A DNA stretch of 64,000 bases from Mobula hypostoma. Lineage: Eukaryota. Shown piece by piece: positions 12,176 through 23,600 of this stretch (within the stretch, counting starts at the first letter, position 1; the number at the start of each line of letters is the position of its first letter). The notes under the pieces were generated by a model, which searched no databases, had not been told where the DNA came from, and worked only from the letters and a program-made list of their open reading frames with translations. The position numbers and the translations under genes were made by a program. The stretch lies in the NCBI RefSeq assembly GCF_963921235.1, contig NC_086108.1, positions 85,686,001 to 85,750,000 of the forward strand, read 5' to 3'.

Positions 12176-13306
12176 TTTTCTGTTGTAATAATCTTGCAGT
12201 ATTTGGCCATGTTGTGGACCTCATTTGCTGCTTCCACTGCATGAAATGATGAAATAGGAGGCCAGAGCCAGTGATAACACGGTAGAAGCCAGAGGGAATA
12301 TGCGACCAGCAACTGGAAATAAGGCCAATGATGTCAAGAGCCTAGATTAATGTGGGACCAAGCCAGCAGCAGGTTGGTGTATAATCTAGACTGCTTTATA
12401 AAACACTTACACATAAGAGAGCTCTTACATTCAAATTCCAACCGAGGGCACAATTTTACAGAGTTATGCAAAATCACAGTCATCGTGACCCTCAAAATGC
12501 TGAATTAAATGTGGATAATTCTGCGAATGTGGCCCAGGCAGGGTTAAGAATACAGTTGCTCATTGTGGGGATAAACATTTATACAACTAACTGGTGCAAG
12601 AGATGTACAATGAGAGATTGTGGAATACAGATTTGACCTTAAGAACATTTGTTCTGTCAAGGCATGATTGTCAGCATTCCATTCATATGTTCATGGCATT
12701 CCTCATGTTGTATTGTTTGCAATACATTAGGTAAATAATTAAAGTAAAAGTGATCAAAGCATGAACATGGACATGAACGAGAATCAGATTGATGGTAGTT
12801 TATTGTGTGCGTTCTGTGATATCATTGGTAACACATTTCAAAGGCACATCCACCCTCAGATTTAATGTCAGTAAACTAAAATCTATATGGATCAGTTCTT
12901 CAAATAACAGAAGCCATATTGCGATGAGATTTGATATTGTTTCATCCCCAAGGAGATGAGCAGGACTAGGTGGTTCAGTGGCACCCTTTGCTAAGAAACC
13001 ACATGTAAATTGACATCTGAAGAGCACTGCATTTTTGGGAACGTTTACTGGCACGTGGTGTAGGTGATGGGAGTGCACAGTTTAAGTTTGCTGGAAGAAT
13101 GCAGGAAAGGCAGGCCATGACATTAATCAAAATACAATTCTTCTTTAATACAGGTGCTGCTATTTTGGAGCTCAGCGCTTTGGCTGACGTCTTTAGTTAA
13201 CCTTTCATGGCTAAACATGTATTAAGCTGCAAAAGGAAGAATTCCTACTCTCCCACCCCAGCAAGTGCCAAATAAAGGGGTTCATCTACCTATATAACTG
13301 ATAGGT

Positions 13307-13590
13307 TTCAAGTTAAAATTTAATCGTCATTCAACCATGCACATGTATACAGCTAAATGAAACATAGTTTTCCCGGGACCAAGGTGCAAAACACTGTACA
13401 TACATTCGCACACAGCACATATACTTACCATAGCACATACAGTCTCAAAATAATATTAGCACAAGTCCCTGAGTGGCATGGATGAAGATTGATGGTGCAT
13501 AGGATATTGTCCTAGAGCTACAGTTCTGCAAGAACAAGCATGCTGCAGTTCCTCATCTCACGTTGGGTCAGCTGCAGATGAAGGACCGAT
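13307..13590 (-). mobile_element. Retroelement 3'-tail fragment related to the 10574/39606 tail
   Basis: 'tttaatcgtcatt...aaatgaaacatagttttcc' matches the 'tttattgtcatt...aaatgatacaatgttcctcc' tail. Confidence 0.45.
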
Positions 13591-13659
13591 TTTTTTCCTG
13601 ACTAATCTACAGCAATTTCAAATTGAAATAATCTACAGGGAGCAGAATGGTGGGTGCAG

Positions 13660-14025
13660 TGTACACAGAATCATTGAGTTATACAGCATGGAAGCAGAAC
13701 CTTTGGCCCAGTTGGTGCAAGCTGACCAAGTTTTGCATCTGGCTCCATTTGCCAGTATTTGCCCCATCTCCCTCTAAACCTTTTCTAGCCATGTACCTGT
13801 CTGAGTGCCTTCTAAATGTTGAGGTAATGTGCCCACCTCAATCATTCCATACACTGACCATCCTCTGAGTTAAATAGTTGCCCCTCAGGTTCCTATTACA
13901 CCTCTTCTCTAATACTAACCTATGCCCGCTATTTCTTCATTCCTCAGCTGTGTGTTTATTCACTCCATCTATGCACCTGTATAAGATCACCCATCAGTCT
14001 CCTACGCTCCAATGAATAACTTCAT
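13660..14025 (-). mobile_element. CR1 3' fragment
   Basis: Degenerate CR1 3' UTR and C-terminus, similar to the younger CR1 ends in this window. Confidence 0.6.
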
Positions 14026-14349
14026 TTGCTCCATACATGTATGCATCAGTAGGAATTCCTTCTGAAATATTGTTGGACTCGAAGAAAGTCTTGCAGGTGG
14101 AAACTGCCGGCGTGTGAAGGAGGAGATTTGGGATGCAAGTCTCCATTCTGAAACTTAAAGAAGAATAATGCATGAGATGTCTATGGTTTCAAAAAGAACA
14201 ATTTCAGTGAAATTTGGTTTCTTTTGCAGCTACAAATATGACCTTGGAGCAAGGCAAGGTCTACCCTCTTGTTGAGGAGACCTATGTTTCCATTCAGATT
14301 ATAAATGGGGTTATGTACTATAGGCTATGGTATGAGTAAGGGAGCTCTC

Positions 14350-15270
14350 TGATTGTCTCTACCCAAAGAGATAGCTCTATTTGCCCGTATTTGCCCATTT
14401 CCCACTAGACCAGTGATTTCCCAACATGAGGCCCAGGGAACCCTTGTATAATGTATTGGTCCATGGCATTAAAAAAAAGGTTGGAGACACCTGCTCCAGG
14501 CTTTTTCTCTCCACGTACTTGTCCACATGACTTCTAAATATTGTAATTGTACCCATCACTACAGCTTCCTCTGGCAGGTCATTCCGGATACCATCCAAAC
14601 CCTCTGTGAACAAGTAGCTCCTCTAAACTTAATTCCATACAATAGGTACATTTAGTGTCAGAAAAATGTATACAATGTTCATCCTGAAATTCTTCTCCTT
14701 TGCAAACATCCATGAAAACAGCGGAGTGCCCCAAAGAATGAATAGCAGTTAAATATTAGAACCTCAAAGCCGCCCCCCCCAGCTCCTCCATCCCACACAC
14801 AAGAAGCAGCAAAGCAATGACCCCCCCTCCCCCACCAGCAAAAAATCATCAGCTCCCCCACTGAGCACTCAAGTGTGTAGCAAAGCATCAATAAAGACAC
14901 AGACTTGCAGTAACACAAAGACTACTCATTCACCTGGTAATTTGACATACCACAGGCTCATTCTTTCCCTAATAAGGGAAAAAAACGTGTCTTTTTTAGT
15001 TTTAGGCTCCCCTACCCTGAGGAAAAAGACTATGACCTACCACCTCATTTACCTCTTGATTTTACATACCTCTATAAAGTCAACCTCCTACACCCCTGGG
15101 GAGGAAAAATCCCAGCCTACTTAGTCTCTTTTTATGACTCAAGCCCTGCAGAGCAGATAACATTCTTGTGAATGTTGTTTGCACCATTTCCATCCTTTCT
15201 TTATCTGGGTGACCAGAACAGGATACAATTTTCCTTGTGTGTGGTCTCACCAATGTCCCTTTACAGTGAC
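14350..15270 (-). mobile_element. CR1 3' fragment interrupted by a hAT MITE and a retroelement tail (14640-15000)
   Basis: ORFs 14377..14613 (NDLPEEAV..TITIFRSHVDKY) and 15080..15277 (TLVRPH..TRML..GLSHKKRLSRLGFF). Confidence 0.65.
14411..14493. mobile_element. 83-bp hAT/Charlie-type MITE
   Basis: TIRs CAGTGATTTCCCAAC / GTTGGAGACACCTG. The flanking 8-mers cactagac and ctccaggc match at only 5 of 8 positions. Confidence 0.6.
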
Positions 15271-16381
15271 TGAGCACAATATGAGTGTGAAGAGACCATT
15301 GTGCGTTCAGTGATGCTTAGCTTTGTAATCAGCCATGTGGAGGAAAAGGAGGAAGAGCAACAGAAAAGGAAAAACGAAGAGCTCCTCTCTCCTTGTGCGC
15401 AGTTAATGCGTGTAATGCCAATGACTGTGACCTCTATTCCCTGTTCTGCCAGCTGAACACCTTAACTTCCCTCTGTCATTGATCATCCTTTGATCACAAT
15501 GCAGAAATAAGAGCCACTGAAGAACAGATGTCTCAGACCAAATACTGTGCAAAGATCATTGCTCTTTCCCCATGCTTCTCTGCAAGACCATCTCAACAGC
15601 TGCAGCATGACCCCTGCAAGACTGCTGACTTTCAGTGGAGGAAACTGCAAGTGGTCAGGGAGGATGACCTTGAGTGTTGGTGGATCAGAAACTTTTCCTC
15701 GGGGATGCACATCAGCAATGCTTGTGATCTGTTGGATCATACATTACAGTACTGCTATGAAATGCTGCAAGCCCATTTCAATTGAATGAAATACATTGGC
15801 AGAAATCTTAGCATTTCTTTGACACTGAGGTTCGGCATTGGTGCTGAAATAGAAGTTGCAAAGTTGGCCATCAAAGAGGTCTACAGGTGTGCAAAATTAT
15901 CTGGCCACACCGCTAAGTTGGTAAGAAGCTCTGAAAATCCCTGTGCCAAATCGATGTCTATGTTTGCACTCCAGCAAGTGTCTCAGTACCCAAAACATGT
16001 CTTCTGCCTGTCCACAAACCTCTTTCATTGTTTCCCTCTTATCCAAATCCTCTGCAGCCTAACTTGTATGTCACTTGCTTTCTGGTGAACTGACTGTCAC
16101 CCTCCTTCATCATGGCTTGACACACGCTCAGCTGAACTCTCACCGTGCTCAGCTCTTTCGTCTGCTGTGCCTTCCAATCACATTATCAGACCTGCTGCCT
16201 GGGATTTGTGAAATCAAATGACAACTATCATTTTCATCTTCACTCTGACCATGCGGTTCTCCTCCTTCTAGCCTGATTGCACACTTTGGATATCCAAAAA
16301 CAGGAGGGCATTCATGAAAGCTTTCGGTGTGGGAAGTGAGGTGATGATGCATATAAGAGGTGCAGGCTAAATTCTCCGCAG

Positions 16382-16419
16382 TTCTGGAGCGACTCCGGGA
16401 TGAGGATGACGATGTACGA
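16382..16419 (+). other. Candidate 38-nt exon (.LERLRDEDDDVR or FWSDSGMRMTMY)
   Basis: Acceptor aattctccgcAG and donor CGA|GTGAGG. Four CpGs in 38 nt in an otherwise CpG-depleted background. Confidence 0.25.
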
Positions 16420-17094
16420 GTGAGGGGGAGGAATTAAGATTCCATTATCACTGCAGGTGTTAATCCTACCTTTCAATCCCGAGCAGTACTAAATCTTCCA
16501 TGGCGATTACGATATGCAAGGGTGCCAGCCCTTCAGAAGTTGCCCTTGCTGTTTCTGACTGTATACTATCAAGAGAGAAAGGGATGAAGTGCATCTTGTT
16601 TAGAGGCTATGGCTGTCAATGTTTCTGTACACAGCATCTCTTAGCATAGTGGTTATCTTTATTTCCTTTATTTTGATGTACAAGTGACAAATAAAGCTAA
16701 TCTTTGGTTTTAAATCCTTGGAGCTCCCTTTGTTACATGAATTCGCCAGTTCAGAGTCACTTCCAAAGCTAAAGACAGCACCTGCTCCAGCCACAATAAG
16801 CTTTCCCTTTAAGGGGTGGAGACTCGTCTTAACTAGCGCAAGTCAGCTTTAACTGCAGGAAGGAATTGACAGTTTGGGCCCTGCTGGATGCCAACCGCCG
16901 TAAAACAAGATACAGACAGACAGACAGACAGTTTGGGCCCCCTGCCGATGTACATAGCCATGAATCAACACAGAAATATGGCCGCACACTGCCATCATTC
17001 TAGTAAAAGGCAGCTGATAAACTGCCTGCATCGAATCAATGGGTGAAAAATTATTTTGCATATTTGCTCTGCCCATGTTCAGGACTATGTTATT

Positions 17095-17192
17095 TAACCC
17101 ATGTCTTGCGAGACCATGGATCTGCGCCTGGAAAGTCTTTACTCTCCAGGGCGCAGGCCTGGGCAAGGTTGTATGGAAGACCAGCAGTTGTA
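17095..17192 (+). mobile_element. RTE-derived 5' fragment with GC-rich hairpin
   Basis: GAGACCATGGATCTGCGCCTGGAAAG..CTCTCCAGGGCGCAGGCCTGGGCAAGG resembles RTE-type leader sequence; hairpin at 17122-17156. Confidence 0.4.
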
Positions 17193-17196
17193 TGTA

Positions 17197-18168
17197 AAAC
17201 AAAGATTTAAGTACATTTATTATCAAAGAATGTATAAATTATACAACCTTGAGATTTGCTTGCTCACAGGTAGCCACAAAACAAGAAACCTGAAAGAACT
17301 CAATTAAATAAAGAAAGGAATAAGACTAAAACTAAAAGACCAACACTCAATGCACAAGAGAAAGAGAAAAAAACAAATCATGCAAACAATTGAAGCAAAC
17401 GACAGCATTCTGAACCAAAAATGAATCTTCAGATCCGAATCCTGGAGCAGCTCAGAGTAGGCCCAAAGCCTCACATATCAGTTTATTATATTAGCAGGCA
17501 TGGAACACAGCAGTTGGGCAGTTGAAATTGAAATCTCATCCCAAGCAACACCCTGTATTTTCAGTCTATCTTGGCTGGCGTTTAAACTAACCCAATGATG
17601 GAACAGCAAAAAAACTCTGTTCCCTGGAGAGAGGAGTGAAGATCATGGAGAGGGAGCGAAATTGGCTCTCGTCAAAGATTTGGGCTGGTGTTTAAATTAT
17701 CTAAACAGCACGTTGTACCTCACACTAGGACTCAGGCACCATTGCTGTGAAAGGCTCTGGACCTAGACCATACTGCCCAGTGACTCACTGCAGGCCCAGA
17801 ATTTGTTGCCCAGCCTGAAGCCACTCTCAAACTCTTCAAATCATCTCGGTGCTCAAAGTGATCCAGCTTGACACCCAGGCCAGTTGTAGGAGCATCGAAA
17901 TCAAATCTCCTCTGCCCGGAACCTACTTCTCCTTATGGCACCCGGAAAGATCTAACCTTGCTTCCAGGCCAGTTGTGTGAGCATCAGAACTTCATCTGCA
18001 TCGATGCACCCCCTGAACTTGCCTTGCCACGTCACTGTTTGAGGTGATAATTTAACACTATTTACCTCAGAAAAGGTATTTTTTAATGATGATTTTAGTT
18101 GGATTTCTTAGTTTTTTGACTACCAGGAAGCTGATGCACAAGTTTGGTAGCACCATCTTAACCAGAAG
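17197..18168 (-). mobile_element. ~970-bp non-coding retroelement with AAGATGG head and AATAAA tail
   Basis: Minus-strand 5' end CTTCTGGTTAAGATGGTGCTACC and 3' end TTTGATAATAAATGTACTTAAATCTTTG. No recognisable ORF. Confidence 0.55.
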
Positions 18169-19765
18169 AAATCATGCTTTTGCTTTCCAGAAGTACATTT
18201 TTAAAAATTTAATTTTGTTGAAGCTGACCATAGAATACAGAAGGATATCAGCCGGATTAAGCCTTAACTTCAGCTGGTGTTTATGATCACCAGTGTACAT
18301 TAGATGAGTTTCAATTATTCTTGGACGAGAAGCAAAATGATGGATTGAAGAGATAATGCAGCTGTCCATATCACTAATGTTCAGCAATGGCTCTCTTGGT
18401 CAGTATGTAATGGATACTATACAATATTAATGACAGTATATCAGTGCAAGTAGTTGTGTTGAATTCAGGTGGGAACATTCCCCTGGGTTCCAAGTGTGAG
18501 ATGTGAGCTTCCACCTCACGTGAGCCCTTTGTTGCTTCAGTCCTTTGAAGTATTTAATTTAATAACCACTCAAGAAACTGCAGGAAGTGTACAATGCTAT
18601 ATTTCTAGTTGGCAGCATGTGAGACTCTACAAGGAAGGGGATCATTACCCTCATCTACAAGGAGAAGTGTGAGATGGATGACATCTGGAATTGGAGACGA
18701 ATTTCACTGTTAGAACGTAAACCAAAATGGCCCTGTCCAAGGCTATCACCAACAGGTTCGAGTCTGTTCTGGGACAGATAATCTACCAGACCAAACCTGT
18801 GCTGTACCTGGCAGGAAGACCTTTGACAGCCTTGTTTTGCTCAGGGATGCCATTGGCTACATGCAGGACAGAAGAGGTGTGCCTGCCTGGTCTGCTTGGA
18901 CCAGGAGAAAGCCTTTGATAGGATATCACACGTGTACATAATGGATGTACTGTCCAAAATGGGACTTGGGTTGGGTATCAGGAAATGGATTCACCTGCTC
19001 TACGCTGACATCTCCAGTGCAGTCCAAATCAATGGGTGGGAAACAGATATCTTTTCTATCAAGTCAGGAGTCAGACAAGGTTACCCACTCTCCCGTCTTG
19101 TTTGTGTACTGTATGGGACACTTTTCCTAAGCTATCAGGAAGGATGAGAGGATAAGAGGGGTGACGCTGCCAGGCAGTGGGGGACCCAAGTGAAAACCTT
19201 CCTGTAATTGAAGGTCACCGTTTTCTGCTTGGATGCGAGGTCAGTTTACAGATTGATCTGCATCAGCAACCACTTTGAGTTGGCATCAGGGGCCAGGGTT
19301 AACCAAATAAAGAGCGAGGCTATGCTCTTCGGCAGCTGGCCCTACCAATCCAGTGATGCCCTCACCATTAGGCCGGGGATCAGGTTTGGAAAGGCTGAGG
19401 TGTGCAACATGAACTGGCCGCAGCAGACTGGAAAGGTAAAATAGAAACACAAGAGATTATGTAGATGTTGGAAATCCAGAGATCCAGAGAGAAAAAACAG
19501 ACATTGGGACTGTGGAGAGGGCTCATTATATCAATAATGGGGAAAACCTGATTTTCAGGTGTGAGATGCTCTCAGTACAGCTATACTTGGTGCTGGTGTG
19601 GCCCATTCCGCACTCCCTCAACTTGTGAATCTCCCAAGCTGTCTTCAGGTTCATCTGGGGATCCAACATGAATCAGGTCAGACGGGTCCCAATGCATAAG
19701 TCCCCTGACAATGGGGGCAAAAGTGTACCCAAAAACAATGTCACCTCACCCAATGATCACTTTCA

Positions 19766-21113
19766 AAGACATCCCACCCTGCAAAAACTCATTTCAGGGA
19801 GGTATCACTACCATATCAGGGAGGTAGCGCCCCCGCCCCTCGCAACCCCATGTTCCCCCCCCATTGACCTCCAAAGATGTATGTAATAGTTTGTTTAGTG
19901 ATTTTGTCTAATCTGTAAACCAAGTTGGGTATATGCAGAAAATGTGACATTAAAATATGTACTTATATTATCATGTTTATTCTATTACAACTTTAAGCAT
20001 GTCTACAGGGAGTTTGGCTTCATCACGTAGGACATCAATAGCGTAGCTCCTTAGCAGCTAGCCAGCTAGTTTAAATAACGTTAGCTATGCTAATGAACGA
20101 ATGACACCTGTTAAACTCACTTCAACATGTCTTTTACATTTTAGCCCACCATGGGCAATAGAAAAGTCACTGTTGCAAACAGTGCAGCGAGCAACACTGT
20201 CATTATTTTTGAGGTTGACTGTAAAGCCCGCCCACAGAGGAAACTGATAGGTCTACTTAGCGGGGGTCCCCAACATTTTTTGCACCGCAGACCAGTTTAA
20301 TATTAACAATATTCTTGCGGACCGGCTGACCGGGGTGGGGGTGGGGGTAGGAGGTGTTAATCACAACCGGAATATAGTCATAAGTCAATTATAAGTCAAT
20401 AGCATCATAACATTTTAAGTAACGTTTGGATTTTAAACACACAGCATATATTTTCCTCATATGAACATATAAAATCATTGCAACACACCAATATCGCTGA
20501 ATCAGTGGGAGCCCTGGGCTTGTTTTCCTGCAACAAGACGGTCCCATCGAAGGGTGACGGGAGACAGCGATACTCGAAGGGAGTTCCTTATGTCCAGTCT
20601 ATTCTACAATTTAGTTTTCATTGCATTCATTGCAGAAAACTCCGCTTCGTAGCGATATGATGTTGGAAATGGAAGCAGCGTTTTCAGTGCTTTCGTGGCT
20701 ATCTCAGGATACTTAGCCTTGACTTTGATCCAGAATACCGGCAGAGATGTTATGTCAAACATACTTTTCAGCCCGCCATCATTTGCAAGCTCGAGGAGTT
20801 GATCTCCTTCCTGCGCTGACATGGATGAAGCGCGGGTAATGACCTTGCGTGCGTTCAAGCTCAACAGTGGGTGACAGGGAATGAGGAAAGGTGCAGCTGA
20901 CTCCTATCACCAAATCATATTGTTTCCTCGCGGCTTGGTGGTTGGGGACCACTCTTAGCACGAAGAGAGACCAATCAGGATGCTCGCTCTCCCGCTCCCT
21001 CTCTTTCTCAAAAAAATCTATTTCCGGGATATTGTATATAATTTCCGGGCGTCAGGGAGCCACTATCGATATGCGGGAGACTCCTGGAACTTCCAGGAGA
21101 GGTGGGATATCTG
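19766..21113. mobile_element. Non-autonomous hAT-like DNA transposon
   Basis: TIRs (A)AGACATCCCACC / GGTGGGATATCTG. CTTTCA is repeated on both flanks (19760-19765, 21114-21119). Confidence 0.75.
20261..20954 (-). mobile_element. hAT Charlie/Buster deletion derivative with C-terminal dimerisation domain remnant
   Basis: TIRs CGGGGGTCCCCAAC / GTTGGGGACCACT, with CTTAG on both flanks. ORF 20604..20864 reads FWIKVKAKYPEIATKALKTLLPFPTSY..EAEFSAM..KTK. Confidence 0.9.
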
Positions 21114-21656
21114 CTTTCATGTGTGGTTGCATTAGGCTGTGTATAGAACCTAATTATAGCAAGCACCGCTATGACCCGAGGATCTCTCGGTTCCAGGTGT
21201 TGCGAAGGATGGGGCCCCATATACTTACTGTGATAACAAAATGTACTTTGACTTTTGAATTATATTTCAATAGGAATTATAGTATCAGGATTATTTTAGA
21301 GGGTTGGGACAGACTTGATGGACTAAGTGGCCTCTTTCTCTGCTATAATCCCAGGACACTCCTGTTGAAGCACGTCAGTGACTGTTATGACCTCCTTAGT
21401 TTGTTATCACCTACTCATTTTACAGGGGGAATTTGGTTTGGATATGGCTTGTATCAATAATTAAAGGGATCTTCCAATTAGTGCTTTAAATGCTGAAATG
21501 CTTTCACACATATTTGAAATTCTATACATCTTAGAAGCTTTATTTGTCTAAAGTACCTTAATGGATTTGTGTGCTTCTCCAGGAAGTGGTAATTTGTTTG
21601 CTCATTCCTTAGCCATGCAATCTTGTATGCAGTAGGCTCTTAGCTTTTCCCTGCAG

Positions 21657-21680
21657 GAATTAACAGCCAGTGGAAATGAG
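21657..21680 (+). other. Candidate 24-nt frame-preserving microexon (ELTASGNE)
   Basis: Acceptor cttttccctgcAG and donor GAG|GTGCGT. Only phase 0 is open. TGCATG lies at 21703-21708. Confidence 0.3.
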
Positions 21681-22553
21681 GTGCGTAGAATGATAGACAG
21701 CTTGCATGGGTCTTAATGGAATTTCATGGGAGCTGACAAACACAAGCGCCTGAATACTTAGGAAGGGAATATTGTACATTGTTTATTTCATAAAATTCAT
21801 GGGTAAAATCTGCAGTGTTTCTCATAGTAACTATCACCAAAAGTTTGGATAATGAAAATATTTATTTTTGGCACTGCTGCTGTTGAGTGTTCTTTCCCAC
21901 TCAGGGCAGAGTTTAGCAAAGGATGCTGAAGGGTTAACTTGGTGAAAGATTAACTTGAAAATACAAGCATTGTCTCTGAGGCTTCTGGTTTGCAAAATCT
22001 GCTTATGTTGATTGCCTGCAGAGCCACAGGACGTTTGGTTTGGTTGACCTGATTAGCAACCTCAGCTCAACACAGCTTAAGCTTTATTGTGGAATTAATG
22101 GAGATCAGGTGTTGGGGAAGACTTTCTTTTAAAAGGGGGAAAGAAAGAAGTAATTGGCAGCATGAAATACCTGCAGATAATTACTGTGCTCCCCACACAT
22201 AAATTCCAGCTGTCACTCACATTCCAGTCTCTTCCAGCAGACTCTCTAATGCAGTGAACAAATGTTACTTAAGTCATTCCTTTTGCCCACCAGGCAATCA
22301 GAGCAAGCACAGTGCTTGTGTGTTCATGTGCTGACTAATGCTGCACGCATTGCAGTAATTCTAATACATCACATGATCCAGGGCAACGAGGAGCCTCCAA
22401 AACCACTGGTGCCCTCTGCGTCATCTCTGCTCTATGCTGTGCACAGAAATTAATGCTCTCTTCACACTGAGAACGCTGTCAATCACTTCTGAGGGACTTT
22501 TTACAGCCAAGGGAGATTATTGCTCTATTTTCTTCTTCACTTTGATGCTGTAG

Positions 22554-22669
22554 AAAAATGCAGTCCTCTCTTGGCTCGCATTATCAAGAGCTTGGATGAA
22601 CGTACTCCGAAATGGAATGTACGAAGAAAGGAAAATAATAAGTACATTGAACAACAAAAAGCTGAAAGG
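22554..22669 (+). CDS. Candidate 116-nt internal coding exon of unidentified gene
   Basis: Long polypyrimidine tract then tgtAG, and perfect donor AGG|GTAAGT. Two open frames: .KCSPLLARIIKSLDERTPKWNVRRKENNKYIEQQKAER or KNAVLSWLALSRAWMNVLRNGMYEERKIISTLNNKKLK. Confidence 0.45.
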
Positions 22670-23029
22670 GTAAGTGGAGGGAAACAGGGATGAATTCAAA
22701 AATCTCAAACCAGATAACAAGTTGCAGAAATGAAGCTCAAATGATTTTTCAAACATCAATAGTCACGGTTTATTTGAATTTCTGCCTTGGTCTCCTCCCC
22801 ATTCTTTTCACACAGAGCTGATGGAAGTCTATAATAATTTCCCCAAGAAGTTGTGCGATATTGGGAAAGTTTCACAAAGGAGAGTGATAGATTTTTGTTT
22901 AGTAAAGACACATGAAAATGGTACCTTACTTCTGTTTTTGTCCTAGGCAGTTTGAAAGAACATTACAGAACACCATGTGTCCATGAGCAGCACTTCCTTA
23001 TTTTATTATGAAATGTTTCTTGGTTAAAG

Positions 23030-23600
23030 AGTCTTAGGAGAACTAAGAGTGCCTTAGAAGACCTTGAAGAGCTTTAAGATATTTATCTAGTGCGAGTTTC
23101 AATAGTTTAAAGGGCTTGGCATATGAAGGAATGGTCGACAATTATGAGCAATTACATTTAAGATGTTCAAGCAGCCAAAACTGGAGAGGATGAATTAACT
23201 CAGATACCTCACAGGGAATGGGGTACATGGAGAATTGTTGTGGTTGATGCCACGGAGGGATTGTAAAACAAGAATGAACATGTTAATCTGTAGGTATCGC
23301 TTAAATAGCAATCAAAGTAGATTGGCTAGCAGAGGACCGATGGATGAATGGGACATGGTACAACTTAAGACACAGGGAGTGAAAGCATTGAATGACCCCA
23401 AACTGGAGGAGTATATAATGAAGAGGAACAATCAAAAAGAATAAGAATTATATAGTTTTCAGTAGCGATAGTACCAGCAGGCAAGCTGAGGTAGGGGCAG
23501 AACCAGGTGCTGTAATGAAGATGGAAGTGGATGGATCAAGGGTCCAGAACTCACCTGAGGTGATGTCATGGAAATCATGTGACAATGACTCCCCATGCTC
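23030..23600 (-). mobile_element. Ancient L2-type LINE fragment
   Basis: Highly degenerate resemblance to an L2 3' coding region; no intact ORF. Confidence 0.35.

Larger units (their letters stand above)
18590..21220 (+). mobile_element. Degenerate L1/Tx1-clade LINE ORF2, split by nested hAT elements at 19766-21113
   Basis: DQEKAFDRISH..SGVRQGYPLS (18896..19147) and ASGARVN..KSEAM. Coding resumes after the insertion as FMCGCIRLCIEP..VLRRMG. Confidence 0.85.

Noticed and set aside
20604..20864. Domesticated ZBED/Buster gene
   Set aside because: Only a C-terminal fragment, enclosed by TIRs in a ~690-bp element.
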